From contig JAZRQR010000020.1 of NCBI GenBank assembly GCA_045650025.1, forward strand, positions 11,077-75,076: a stretch of DNA of 64,000 nucleotides. The letters are read 5' to 3'. Under the pieces are notes generated by a model. It searched no databases, was not told where the DNA came from, and worked only from the letters and a program-made list of their open reading frames with translations. The DNA comes from Eubacteriales bacterium (GTDB taxonomy: Bacteria; Bacillota; Clostridia; Oscillospirales; CAG-272). A program made the translations under genes and the position numbers. Positions 45,029 through 55,269 of the stretch are shown piece by piece (positions within the stretch are counted from its first letter, which is position 1; each line of letters opens with the position of its first letter).

Positions 45029-45796
45029 ATGTTAAAGTATTTAGGATTTACCGATACTCTGCCTGAAGCGCAGGGCGCATATTCCTGGCAGCATTTGACG
45101 TTTGTGACGTCGCTGGTGCTGGTGATGACGGCACTTGCCATTCTGATTGGATTGCATTACCGTAAGCATCCTGAAAAGAATAAAAACGTACCGCTGATCT
45201 GGGCGGCGCTGCTGATCGACGGCTTTGAGATCTGCAAGATCGTGCTCAATTGCATCCACGCAGACAACCCGGTCGATAGCCTTTTGATCAATCTGCCGCT
45301 GTTTCTGTGCAGCATCCAGCTGATCACCCTGCCGCTTGCCGCGTTCTCCAAGGGTATACTGAAGGAGGCAGCTCTTGACTTCGTTATGATCTTTGGCTTG
45401 CTGGGCGCTCTGGCGGGCACCTATGGCGCAGCACAAAACTACGCGGTGTATCACGTATTCTACTACGTTAACGTGGTCTCGGGCATTACGCATTGCATTT
45501 CCGGCTTCGGCGCGCTCTACATTGCCATTTCGGGTATCGCAAGCATGAAAAAGAGAAATATAGGCATCACCTTTGGCATTCTCTGCTTCTTCTGTGCTGC
45601 CGCATATACCGTCAACCGCCTGATCGATTACAATTACATGTTCCTGATGCGCGGTGACGGCACGCCCTACGACATTCTGTATAATCTGGTCGGCGGACAC
45701 GCCTGGCTGTACCCCATGGGCGTCATCGCATTGTTCCTGCTTTACATATCCGGCTTCTACGGTGTGTATTTCCTGATCAGCAAAAAGAAAAACTGA
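45029..45796 (+). CDS. Hypothetical polytopic membrane protein (YwaF/TIGR02206-like?)
   Basis: About 7 TM; ATG 45029 after GAGAGGAAG; ORF-track GTG 44999 lies in a -10-like TGTTATAAT. Confidence 0.4.
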   Translation: MLKYLGFTDTLPEAQGAYSWQHLTFVTSLVLVMTALAILIGLHYRKHPEKNKNVPLIWAALLIDGFEICKIVLNCIHADNPVDSLLINLPLFLCSIQLITLPLAAFSKGILKEAALDFVMIFGLLGALAGTYGAAQNYAVYHVFYYVNVVSGITHCISGFGALYIAISGIASMKKRNIGITFGILCFFCAAAYTVNRLIDYNYMFLMRGDGTPYDILYNLVGGHAWLYPMGVIALFLLYISGFYGVYFLISKKKN

Positions 45797-45831
45797 ACAA
45801 AAACGCCACCGCATCAGCGGTGGCGTTTGTT

Positions 45832-46809
45832 TTACCATATTTGCAGAACCTTTTCTGCCAAAGTCACCATCAGGGGCAACGTGCCAAGGCAAAGCAGGCT
45901 GGATACGCCGACTGTCTGCGAGGCGTAGCCGGGGGAAATGTCGTATGTCTCGGAAAACATGGAAATGATGGATGCCGTGGGCAATGCCGTTACGGCGGTG
46001 GAGAACATGACAATGTCATCCGAAAATCCGAGCAGCTTGCAAATCACGAACACGATAGCGGGGATGAGGATCAGCTTGCAAAGCGAGAAGAGGTAGATCT
46101 TGCCGGAGCAGAGCAGCTGCTTGGGCGTTCTGGTTGCAAGCAGAGCACCCGTGATCAGTACCGAGATAGGCAGGCAAAGCGCCGCCAGCTTGGCAAAGAG
46201 CATTAAAAACGCGTTGTCGATCACCGTGCCGATGAGCGGATTGTGCAGCGCGGGATTGCGCAGAAGGTACAGCGCAACGCCGATGGCGCACGGAATGGAG
46301 CCGAAATTGAGCAGCGCCTTTTTGGGGGTCATGCGGATATCCTCGCGCTTTCTGCCAAGGATCATAAGTCCCCATACGTACATGAAGATGTTAAAGCTGA
46401 TCAAGAAGAATGCACCGTAGAATTTACCGATGTCACCGAATATCGCGCCCAGAATGGGGAGTCCGATAAAGCCGCAGTTGGTAAAGATCAAGGAAAACTC
46501 GGTGATCTTGCGCTCGTTGAGATCCTTATAAGGCACGCAGAGCGGAAAGGCGATGAGCGACATGAGAAAATGCAGGAAAAAGCCAATGCCCAGGATCAAA
46601 AGTCCGCGCTTTAGATTTTCGGCGGTGTATTCCACGTTGACAAGCGCGTCAATGATCATCATGGGCTGACCGACCTTAATGATCAGCGTGGAGAGGCGTT
46701 TGGATGCGGCGTTGTCGATCCAGCCGATCTTACGGCAGCAATATCCGATCGCCAGCATTAAGAACATGACGATGATGACGACTAACAGGGAAGTGAAATC
46801 GTAAGTCAT
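45832..46809 (-). CDS. AEC (auxin efflux carrier) family transporter
   Basis: 325 aa, 10 TM, two-halves architecture. Confidence 0.75.
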   Translation of the reverse strand: MTYDFTSLLVVIIVMFLMLAIGYCCRKIGWIDNAASKRLSTLIIKVGQPMMIIDALVNVEYTAENLKRGLLILGIGFFLHFLMSLIAFPLCVPYKDLNERKITEFSLIFTNCGFIGLPILGAIFGDIGKFYGAFFLISFNIFMYVWGLMILGRKREDIRMTPKKALLNFGSIPCAIGVALYLLRNPALHNPLIGTVIDNAFLMLFAKLAALCLPISVLITGALLATRTPKQLLCSGKIYLFSLCKLILIPAIVFVICKLLGFSDDIVMFSTAVTALPTASIISMFSETYDISPGYASQTVGVSSLLCLGTLPLMVTLAEKVLQIW

Positions 46810-47375
46810 ACCGTATCCTTCAAGCTGTCCAGCTTTCGTTTGATCTCCTGCATATCGGCAAGCATCTCTTCCTTACGGCGAGGATCGCGCAAAAGCGCTG
46901 CAGGGTGGTATACGGCGGTCATAACAAAGTTGCCCTTTTCAAACCACGTGCCGTGCTCCTTGGAAATCTTGAAATCCGGCTTGATCAGGCGCATTGCCGC
47001 GATTCTGCCAAGACAAACGATGATCTTAGGCTTGATCAGGCGCACCTGCTCACGCAAAAAGTCAATGCACGCGTCCTCCTCAGCGGGCAGCGGATCGCGG
47101 TTTTTGGGCGGACGGCACTTGAGAATATTGGCAATGTATACATCCTCGCGTGCAATATCCACGGCGTATAAATATTTGTCCAGCAGCTGACCGGCTCTGC
47201 CTACAAAGGGCGTGCCGGAAAGATCCTCCTGCTCGCCGGGCGCTTCGCCCACAAACAGAATATCCGCTTCACGGTTGCCCGTGCCGAATACGCAATTGGT
47301 ACGTGTTTTAGCCAGCTCGCAGCCCTGGCAGCTGCTGCATGCTTCATAAAGTTGATCCCAGGTCAATGGTAGCAC
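46806..47375 (-). CDS. Uracil-DNA glycosylase, family 4
   Basis: C..C N-terminal Fe-S cysteines, GEAPGEQED and HPAALLR motifs. Confidence 0.85.
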   Translation of the reverse strand: MLPLTWDQLYEACSSCQGCELAKTRTNCVFGTGNREADILFVGEAPGEQEDLSGTPFVGRAGQLLDKYLYAVDIAREDVYIANILKCRPPKNRDPLPAEEDACIDFLREQVRLIKPKIIVCLGRIAAMRLIKPDFKISKEHGTWFEKGNFVMTAVYHPAALLRDPRRKEEMLADMQEIKRKLDSLKDTV

Positions 47376-47429
47376 CTCGCTTTCATGCTCCCATTATACC
47401 AAACTATTTTGACAATTGCAAGAGGATTT

Positions 47430-48053
47430 TCAGAATTGCATCAGCGTTTGTACCGCGTTTTGCTCGCAGATCGCCTTGCAATACTCGCCCAGATAGGTTT
47501 GCATCGAGCGGGCGTTTTCGCGGTTGCCGTACTCGCCCAAGAAGCAGTAGTCGTCGGGTGTGTATAGGGACGGCGCGCTGATGTCGTATAAAGCCAGAAA
47601 ATATGTATGCCTGGGATCGACGTAAGCGCTGCTTGCGCCAGTGTATCCGACCAGATCCAAGCGTTTACAAACCGCGATCAGGTGCTTTAAAGAAGAAAAA
47701 GAATATACGTACACGGCGTTTCCAAGCCTTTCTTTGGTGCATAAGGAGCGTCCGGAAATTGGCGCTGCGCTCAGCGAGCGCACTTCGGTACAGGCGGTGC
47801 CCGTATCGTTCTCGGGCGCACAGACGAACAGCTCACAGCCGCCATCTGCGGACGGGTACATCTGCACGTACAGATGCTTCATATCCGCGTAAAATCCGAT
47901 CTGCTGCTTGGCGTCCTCCAGTAATTGGCGCAGTACGCCGCGCACGTGTGCATCTGCAATGCCGATATGGTCGTTTTGCAGATGATAATGCGACATGTCC
48001 GCAGCGCTGAGCATGATTTTCAATTTGGTGTCGCTGATTTTAATCAAGTCCAT
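47430..48053 (-). CDS. mecA: Adaptor protein MecA
   Basis: MDLIKISDTKLKIMLSAADM N-terminus typical of MecA; 207 aa. Confidence 0.7.
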   Translation of the reverse strand: MDLIKISDTKLKIMLSAADMSHYHLQNDHIGIADAHVRGVLRQLLEDAKQQIGFYADMKHLYVQMYPSADGGCELFVCAPENDTGTACTEVRSLSAAPISGRSLCTKERLGNAVYVYSFSSLKHLIAVCKRLDLVGYTGASSAYVDPRHTYFLALYDISAPSLYTPDDYCFLGEYGNRENARSMQTYLGEYCKAICEQNAVQTLMQF

Positions 48054-48140
48054 ATCGATATCCTTTCAAGAGTTGGTTTCTACTATCATTATAATCCGCA
48101 CGGAGGATTTTGTGTACCCCTAAAAATATGGTAATTGCGA

Positions 48141-48169
48141 TTGACTCGGCAGGGTATGTATGGTATAAT
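48141..48169 (+). promoter_or_regulatory. Promoter TTGACT-N17-TATAAT
   Basis: Hexamers 48141-48146 and 48164-48169, TGG extended -10. Confidence 0.75.
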
Positions 48170-48191
48170 AAGGGGAAAGGGAGGTGATGGT

Positions 48192-50546
48192 ATGCATTAC
48201 AATGCACAGACCGGCGGCGTGGAGATTTCGCTGGGAGAGCTTTGTGCGCTTGCGTTCGGACGCAACAACTACAAGGAAGAAGTGCCCGCAGAAGCGGATG
48301 CGCACGATATTGACGCACAGGCGGATGCGTATTACGCGGACGTGCAGCTGCAGCATACCTGTCGCTATGCCGGTATTTTGGTCAAGACGGTGGGAACTGC
48401 GCAGGGGATTTGCCCCGTGGGCGATACGGTGACGCTGGAATATACCGTTCGTGTCGCCAAACTGCCCGGGTCGCACGAGACCTTTGCCGTTCCCGTACGC
48501 CAGCGCTGTCTTGCGTATTTCTTGGCTTCCGCCAAGGATCTGCAAGCCGTTGCCATCCGCCGCACCACCGTGACTGCCAAGGGAGAGAAGAGCAGCACGG
48601 ACACCCGGTTTACCACCATGACGCTCGGCGACGAATATGCAAGCATTCTGTCGCGTGCGCTGCCGTATCTGCAGAACTGTATTGAGCAAAACCGTAAGGT
48701 CAAGCCTTGCGCGGCGGAGCTTGCCTTCCCGTACCCTGAGATCAGAGAGGGGCAGGAGGACTTTATGCGCGAATGCTTCCGCGACATCATGCACGGCAAG
48801 CGCCTGTTCATTCAAGCCCCTACCGGCATCGGAAAGACCATTTCCACCATGTATCCCGCCGTGCGCGCCATGGGTAAGGGGAAATATGACAAGATCTTTT
48901 ACCTGACCGCCAAGGCGAGCACGCGCCGCGAAGCGTTTGCGGCTGCGAAACGTCTGTTTGACGCGGGCGCGCCGTTCCGCACCATCGTGCTTTCTGCCAA
49001 GGAGCAAATGTGCCCTGCAGAGGAGTGCACCTACCGCACGTGTAAGCATAACTGCCCGCGCAGCCTGTCACATACCAAGATCATGCAGGCGATCTCCGAG
49101 CTGCTGACCCATCAGAATGGGTACACCGCCTCGCTGATCAAGCGCGTTGCCGAAAAATACGGGGTCTGCCCGTACGAGCTTTCCCTGGATCTCTCCGAAT
49201 TTTGCAGTATCATTATTTGTGACTATAATTACGTGTATAACCCTGCTGTCAAGCTGCGTCGGTATTTCGTGGAAAATAACGGGAAATACGTACTTCTTGT
49301 CGACGAGGCGCATAACTTAGTGGATAGAGCGAGGGATATGTTTTCCTGCGAGCTGCATAGCGATGCGTTTGCGTCCTTGCTGATGCAGCTGCCGGACAGC
49401 GAGCCGTTGCATGCCAAGGTGGCACAGGCACAAAACGTATTCCGCATTGCCAAAAAATATTGCCGCGACACGCTGCGCAAGGATGCAGGCGGCACCGAAT
49501 ACGGCTATTATTTCTCACGCGAGCCGCTGGATGATATCAACAGCACGCTGGAAACGCTTGCGGGCGCGGTGGAGAAGTGGCTGAAAATACACACCTACGA
49601 TGCGCTCTACGACACACTTGAGGCGTTTTACGGGGAGCTGCGCGCCTATAACGCTACCTCTGCGCTTTACGACGGTGGGTTTGTGACCTACCTGACCGTG
49701 CAGGGAAGCGAGATCACGCTCAAGCAGCTTTGCCTGGATCCCAGCCGACAGCTCGAGGAGTGCAACAGCGGTGCGGAGGCGGTCATTATGTTTTCCGCAA
49801 CGCTGACGCCGCCCGAATACTTTGCGCAATCGCTGGGTGGCGGCAAGCAAGCGATTTCGGTCAATTTTCCGTCGCCTTTCCCGCGGGAAAATCTTTGCGT
49901 GGCGGTTGCCGAGGGCATCAGCACCAAGTACGAGGACCGTGATCGCTCAATCAAAAAAACGGCGTCCTATATCGCAGCCTCGGTGTGCGGTAAGGTGGGC
50001 AATTATATGGTGTATTTCCCATCGTATTCCTATATGGAGCAGGTTGCAAAGGCGTTTTGCGATCGCTATCCGGACGTGCCGGTGCTGCTGCAAAAGCGCG
50101 GCATGACGCAGGAGCAGAAGGAGGCGTTTCTGGATGCCTTCCGTGCGGAAAATCCCGAGATGCTGATCGGCTTTTGTGTGCTTGGCGGCTCGTTCTCCGA
50201 GGGTGTGGATCTGCCGGGCGGCAGATTGATCGGTAGTATCATCGTGGGCGTGGGCATTCCGGGGCTTTCGGATGAGCGAAACATTGTGCGCGACTATTAT
50301 GCCGACCAAAACGGACTTGGCTACGAATACGCCTACGTGTACCCCGGCATGAACCACGTTCTGCAGGCGGCAGGGCGCGTGATCCGTACGGATACCGACC
50401 GCGGAATCGTGGTTTTGCTAGACCAAAGATACGCGGAGCAGCGGTATATTGATCTGTTCCCGCCGCATTGGGAGGACGTTCGTTTTGCAAGTGATGCGCA
50501 ATCTCTTGCAAAAACGGTTGCGGGATTTTGGAAAAGCGGGCAATAA
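48192..50546 (+). CDS. XPD/DinG-family Fe-S ATP-dependent DNA helicase with about 208-aa N-terminal extension
   Basis: APTGIGKT, DEAHNL, Fe-S Cys cluster (CPAEEC..C..C, CPYE), C-terminal helicase C2; SD GGGAGGTGA before ATG 48192. Confidence 0.8.
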   Translation: MHYNAQTGGVEISLGELCALAFGRNNYKEEVPAEADAHDIDAQADAYYADVQLQHTCRYAGILVKTVGTAQGICPVGDTVTLEYTVRVAKLPGSHETFAVPVRQRCLAYFLASAKDLQAVAIRRTTVTAKGEKSSTDTRFTTMTLGDEYASILSRALPYLQNCIEQNRKVKPCAAELAFPYPEIREGQEDFMRECFRDIMHGKRLFIQAPTGIGKTISTMYPAVRAMGKGKYDKIFYLTAKASTRREAFAAAKRLFDAGAPFRTIVLSAKEQMCPAEECTYRTCKHNCPRSLSHTKIMQAISELLTHQNGYTASLIKRVAEKYGVCPYELSLDLSEFCSIIICDYNYVYNPAVKLRRYFVENNGKYVLLVDEAHNLVDRARDMFSCELHSDAFASLLMQLPDSEPLHAKVAQAQNVFRIAKKYCRDTLRKDAGGTEYGYYFSREPLDDINSTLETLAGAVEKWLKIHTYDALYDTLEAFYGELRAYNATSALYDGGFVTYLTVQGSEITLKQLCLDPSRQLEECNSGAEAVIMFSATLTPPEYFAQSLGGGKQAISVNFPSPFPRENLCVAVAEGISTKYEDRDRSIKKTASYIAASVCGKVGNYMVYFPSYSYMEQVAKAFCDRYPDVPVLLQKRGMTQEQKEAFLDAFRAENPEMLIGFCVLGGSFSEGVDLPGGRLIGSIIVGVGIPGLSDERNIVRDYYADQNGLGYEYAYVYPGMNHVLQAAGRVIRTDTDRGIVVLLDQRYAEQRYIDLFPPHWEDVRFASDAQSLAKTVAGFWKSGQ

Positions 50547-50592
50547 TTCGACAAAAAATGCAATAAATTTTGAAAAATATTCAAAATAAGTA

Positions 50593-50621
50593 TTGCAAAT
50601 TACAAAACGGCGTGGTATAAT
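50593..50621 (+). promoter_or_regulatory. Promoter TTGCAA-N17-TATAAT
   Basis: Hexamers 50593-50598 and 50616-50621. Confidence 0.75.
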
Positions 50622-50655
50622 AGGGCAGTTGATTTGACAATTAGGAGTTATAACG

Positions 50656-51936
50656 ATGCACTATGTAGACATGAGCAAGCAGCAGCTGCTTGCCGAATAC
50701 CAATCTTTACAAAAGGAATACAATGAAATTCAGGCGCAGGGTCTTTCTCTGGACCTTTCGCGCGGTAAGCCCAGCGCAGAGCAGCTGGACCTGATTAACG
50801 ATATGCTGTTTTGTCTGGACCGCGATTCTTGCTTCTCGGAAAGCGGCTTTGACTGCCGTAACTACGGTATGATGGACGGTGTTCCCGAAGCTAAAAAGCT
50901 GTTTGGCGACCTGCTCGGCATTCCCTCCGAAAACATTTTCGTGGCGGGCAACTCTTCCTTGACCTTAATGTACGATACCATGAGCCGCTGCATGCTGTAC
51001 GGCACCGCAACCCAAGGCTGCGGACCCTGGTGCAAGCTGGATAAGATCAAGTTTTTGTGCCCCTCTCCCGGATATGACCGTCATTTCCTGATCTCCGAAT
51101 CCATGGGCATTGAAATGATCACCATTCCCATGCTGGAGACCGGTCCCGATATGGACATGATCGAGGAGCTGGTTGCCAACGACGCATCCATCAAGGGTAT
51201 CTGGTGTAACCCCAAGTATTCTAACTCCGACGGTTATATTTATTCGGATGAAACGGTGGAAAGACTGGCAAGCATGAAGACCGCTGCACCCGATTTCCGC
51301 ATTTTCTGGGATAACGCTTACGTTGTGCATGCGCTGTATGGCCAGCATGACGAGCTTGCCGATATTTTTGCACTGTGCGAAAAGCACGGCAATCCCGACA
51401 GAGTGTTCTATTTCGCCTCTACCTCCAAGATCACCTTCCCGGGCGCGGGTGTAGCCATCATGGCAATGTCCAAGGCAAATCTGGAGCACGCCAAGAAGAT
51501 CCTGACCGTGCAGACCATCAGCTACGATAAGCTCAATCAGCTGCGCCACGTCAAGTACTTCGGCTCGGCAGAGAACGTGATCCGCATCATGCAAAAGCAG
51601 GCGGATGTGCTGCGTCCTCGCTTTGAGATCACCAAGCAGACGCTGGAGCGCGATCTGGGTGACAAGGGCATTGCGCGCTGGACGGATCCCAAGGGAGGCT
51701 ACTTCATCAGCCTGTACGTCATGAACGGCACTGCAAAGAGAGCCTACGCGCTTGCCAAGGATGCGGGCGTGGTGCTGACCAAGGTAGGTGCAACCTACCC
51801 TTACGGCATCGACCCCGACGACTCCAATATCCGCATAGCCCCCACCTATCCTTCCAAGCAAGACCTGACGGCAGCCATGAACGTGCTGACCGTATGTGTT
51901 CGCTTAGCGGCACTTGAAAAGCTTCTCGCAGATTAA
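50656..51936 (+). CDS. Class I/II PLP-dependent aminotransferase
   Basis: 426 aa; STSK PLP-lysine motif, LSRGKP N-terminal block. Confidence 0.7.
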   Translation: MHYVDMSKQQLLAEYQSLQKEYNEIQAQGLSLDLSRGKPSAEQLDLINDMLFCLDRDSCFSESGFDCRNYGMMDGVPEAKKLFGDLLGIPSENIFVAGNSSLTLMYDTMSRCMLYGTATQGCGPWCKLDKIKFLCPSPGYDRHFLISESMGIEMITIPMLETGPDMDMIEELVANDASIKGIWCNPKYSNSDGYIYSDETVERLASMKTAAPDFRIFWDNAYVVHALYGQHDELADIFALCEKHGNPDRVFYFASTSKITFPGAGVAIMAMSKANLEHAKKILTVQTISYDKLNQLRHVKYFGSAENVIRIMQKQADVLRPRFEITKQTLERDLGDKGIARWTDPKGGYFISLYVMNGTAKRAYALAKDAGVVLTKVGATYPYGIDPDDSNIRIAPTYPSKQDLTAAMNVLTVCVRLAALEKLLAD

Positions 51937-51943
51937 TTTTGAT

Positions 51944-51981
51944 AAAGCAGTCTCAAAAAAATGAGGCTGCTTTGTTTTTTT
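51944..51981 (+). terminator. Rho-independent terminator
   Basis: AAAGCAGTCTCA / TGAGGCTGCTTT stem then GTTTTTTT. Confidence 0.8.
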
Positions 51982-51982
51982 C

Positions 51983-52011
51983 TTGACAGTGGTGCATGTT
52001 TTATGTATAAT
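51983..52011 (+). promoter_or_regulatory. Exact consensus promoter TTGACA-N17-TATAAT
   Basis: Hexamers 51983-51988 and 52006-52011. Confidence 0.8.
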
Positions 52012-52042
52012 GAAAGTAAGGAAACAGGAAAGGAACGGACAT

Positions 52043-53041
52043 ATGCGCAACAAGGTTACCCAAGCTTCCACCAATCCGTATTCTTACAGCGATACCAACA
52101 AGCGTTACTATACCTACGATTATTTTCTCAAGCAGACCTTTGGCACAAAGGTGGCAAAGCTGCCCATCGATGCGGGCTTTACCTGTCCCAACATTGACGG
52201 CAAATGCGGACACGGCGGCTGCATTTATTGCTCGGAAAAGGGGAGCGGAGATTTTGCACCGCAACCCGACGTGCCGATCTATCAGCAAATGGAAATGTCC
52301 TATGCGCTGACCAGCGGCAAATGGAAGACCGACAAGGTCATCCCGTATTTTCAGGCGCACACCAACACCTACGCGCCCGTGGAGGTGCTCCGGGAAAAAT
52401 ACGAGCAAGCGCTGACCTATCCCGGAGTGGTGGGCATGAATATTGCCACGCGTGCCGACTGTCTGGAACCCGATGTAGTGGCATATCTTGCACAGATTGC
52501 TAAGCGCACGTATCTGACCGTGGAGCTTGGACTGCAGACCTCGTGCGATCAAACGGCTGCGCTGATCAACCGCGGGCATAATTTTGCCGCGTTTGTGGCA
52601 GGGTATCAGGCCTTGCGGCAAGCAAGCCCCGATATTCATATCTGCGTGCATATCATTCTGGGCTTGCCCGGGGAGGACACCGACACCATGCTGCGCACCG
52701 TGCGTGACGTGGCAGACCTGCACCCCGATCAGGTCAAGATCCACCTGCTGCACGTCATCAAGGATACGGTCATGGCGGATATCTACTTGAGCGGCGAGTA
52801 CGAGCCCATGACGCAAGACGCTTACACGCGCGTGGTGGCGCAGGCGCTGACGCTGCTGCCGCCCAAGACTGTGATTGCCCGCCTGACGGGAGACGGCGCG
52901 CCCGATGCGCTGCTGGCGCCCGATTGGAGCCGCAAAAAGACCGCCGTGGTCAATGACGTTGATAAGCTGCTGTATCAAAACGACTGGTATCAAGGAAAAT
53001 TCTATCATAAAACGGAGGAAGATCATGTTTTTGAAAGCTAA
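52043..53041 (+). CDS. TIGR01212-family radical SAM protein
   Basis: CPNIDGKCGHGGCIYC cluster motif typical of this family. Confidence 0.8.
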   Translation: MRNKVTQASTNPYSYSDTNKRYYTYDYFLKQTFGTKVAKLPIDAGFTCPNIDGKCGHGGCIYCSEKGSGDFAPQPDVPIYQQMEMSYALTSGKWKTDKVIPYFQAHTNTYAPVEVLREKYEQALTYPGVVGMNIATRADCLEPDVVAYLAQIAKRTYLTVELGLQTSCDQTAALINRGHNFAAFVAGYQALRQASPDIHICVHIILGLPGEDTDTMLRTVRDVADLHPDQVKIHLLHVIKDTVMADIYLSGEYEPMTQDAYTRVVAQALTLLPPKTVIARLTGDGAPDALLAPDWSRKKTAVVNDVDKLLYQNDWYQGKFYHKTEEDHVFES

Positions 53042-55118
53042 ATGGATATGGAAGCAGGGCGAGATCCTTGCTGACGAATTTGCAGACTTTGCTGCGGAAT
53101 TTGAAGCAACGGGTAAATCCCCCTATACGCTTACCATTGCTGCCGACTCCAATTATACGGTCTATATCAACGGCGAGCTGGCTGCATTCGGGCAGTACGC
53201 GGACTATCCGACCTACAAGGTCTGCGACCGCATCGACGTAACCAAATTCATCAAGCAGGGCAAAAACCGCATGGTAATCGTGGTTTGGTATTACGGAGAC
53301 GATACGCAAACCTATATTCACGGTGATCCCGGTGTGATCTTTGAGCTTTGCGAGCAGGATGCGCCCATTTGCTACTCGGATGAAAACACACTCTCGCGTC
53401 TGTCGCGCGATTACATTTCGCATATCAAGCAGCTGATCTCGGGACAGCTGGGCTTTACATATCACTATGACGCCACCTCGTACGACGGTTTTATTGAACA
53501 GAGCATAGCGGACGGCTTTGCGCCCAGCGTAGCCATGCCCATGATCTCCACCGACTTTACGCTGCGTCCCATTAAAATGCTGGAGCTTGCGCCCAGATCC
53601 GCGGCGCAGATGTGCCTGCAGGGTCTGTTTGATTACGTGGATAAGCACGATCGCCCCGACGTGATGATGCAGCATGCGGCGCTGCGCCACCGCTATCCCG
53701 AGCAGATCTCGGATATGCGCGGCTTTTTCGGCTTTGATCACCCCGTGCATTTCAAGACCGAGGATAAGGCGCAGGGCATCTTTTTCGTGGTTGATCTGGG
53801 GCAGGAATGGGCAGGATTTTTGGATTTTGATATTGAAGTCCCACACGACTGTCAGATTGAGATCGGTTATGGCGAGCACTTGGCTGACGGTAGATGCCGC
53901 ACCTCGGTGCGCGGATTTTCTTGTGATTACCGTGCAAAAAAGGGAAGAAACCAATACCTGCATACCTTCCGCCGTTTTGGCTGCAGATACGTGCAGTTTT
54001 TCGTCAATGCAACCGAGTTTACCGTGCATTATGCGGGCTTGCGTCCCACGCTGTATCCTGTGACCGCAAAGAAATTTGAGAAGGGAAATCTCTTGCAGCA
54101 AACCATTTACGACGTTTGCACCAATACGCTGCTGCAATGCATGCACGAGCACTACGAGGATTGCCCGTGGCGCGAGCAGGCACTTTACTGCATGGATTCG
54201 CGTAATCAGATGCTGTGCGGCTATTACGCATTTGGCGAGACAGAGTTCCCGCGCGCCAACCTTAAGCTCATCTCCAAGGGGCTGCGCCCCGACGGTATTC
54301 TCTCGATTTGTTATCCTTCCGGGCTGGATTTTCCGATTCCGTCATTTTCCACGGTATATTTTATACAAATGGAAGAATATATCCGTCACACGGGTGATAC
54401 CTCGCTTGCCAAGGAGTGCTATCCCGTGCTGGAAACCATCATCAATACCTTTATCGCCAAGCTGCAGGATAACGGCCTGATCGAGAACTTTTACGGCGAG
54501 GGTGGCTACTGGAATTTCTACGAATGGTCGCCCGGCATGAACGGTCACTTTTTTGAAAAGGTGCGCTGCTTTGAATCTCCCATCAATGCGTTCTTCTCAC
54601 TTGCCCTGCAGCACATGGCAAAAATCTGCCAAGCACTCGGTAAGAATGAGGAAGCGGAGCAATATCTGCGCATTTCCGAAGGCGTCAACCGCGCAATTGC
54701 CCGTGGATTCTACAATCCCGAAACTAAGCTGTTTGAGTCCTTTGATAACCGTTGCCGTGGGGAATACAGCGTGCTGACAAACTCGCTTTGCTTGCTGTGC
54801 GGTGCGGCAGAGGGGCTGGATCTGATCAATATCCTCAGAATACTGTCAACCAACGGCAAGGATAATTGCGGCTATACGGTTTATCCCAACACGCTGAGCA
54901 TGAATTCCTTCCGCTTTGACGCGCTGCTTAAGATCGACAGGGAAGTGTACGCACCCATCATTCTGGACGAGATCGACCGCGACTACTTCCACATGCTGCG
55001 CAACGGTGCGACTACCTTCTGGGAGACCATTATCGGCCTGTCGGATTTCGGCCACGCGGCAAGCTTGTGCCACGGCTGGAGCGCACTGCCGATCTATTAC
55101 TACGAGCAGCTTTTGTAA
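53025..55118 (+). CDS. GH78-like (alpha-L-rhamnosidase-related) six-hairpin glycosidase
   Basis: AKWIW N-terminus, DCPWREQ block; 17-nt overlap with upstream gene. Confidence 0.55.
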   Translation: MFLKAKWIWKQGEILADEFADFAAEFEATGKSPYTLTIAADSNYTVYINGELAAFGQYADYPTYKVCDRIDVTKFIKQGKNRMVIVVWYYGDDTQTYIHGDPGVIFELCEQDAPICYSDENTLSRLSRDYISHIKQLISGQLGFTYHYDATSYDGFIEQSIADGFAPSVAMPMISTDFTLRPIKMLELAPRSAAQMCLQGLFDYVDKHDRPDVMMQHAALRHRYPEQISDMRGFFGFDHPVHFKTEDKAQGIFFVVDLGQEWAGFLDFDIEVPHDCQIEIGYGEHLADGRCRTSVRGFSCDYRAKKGRNQYLHTFRRFGCRYVQFFVNATEFTVHYAGLRPTLYPVTAKKFEKGNLLQQTIYDVCTNTLLQCMHEHYEDCPWREQALYCMDSRNQMLCGYYAFGETEFPRANLKLISKGLRPDGILSICYPSGLDFPIPSFSTVYFIQMEEYIRHTGDTSLAKECYPVLETIINTFIAKLQDNGLIENFYGEGGYWNFYEWSPGMNGHFFEKVRCFESPINAFFSLALQHMAKICQALGKNEEAEQYLRISEGVNRAIARGFYNPETKLFESFDNRCRGEYSVLTNSLCLLCGAAEGLDLINILRILSTNGKDNCGYTVYPNTLSMNSFRFDALLKIDREVYAPIILDEIDRDYFHMLRNGATTFWETIIGLSDFGHAASLCHGWSALPIYYYEQLL

Positions 55119-55187
55119 GTGATAATCGTGTGAATCCTTTTGTGCACTGTGTCTATAATAATTACAATATTTTGGTTAATGTGACTA

Positions 55188-55216
55188 TTTACGATTGCAA
55201 CATTTTATGCTATAAT
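55188..55216 (+). promoter_or_regulatory. Promoter TTTACG-N17-TATAAT (extended -10 TGC)
   Basis: Hexamers 55188-55193 and 55211-55216 in an A/T-rich 150-bp spacer. Confidence 0.55.
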
Positions 55217-55269
55217 ATTTAGGCGCATAATAGCGACAAATAAAAAAATTATCAAAGGAGAAAATCAAC

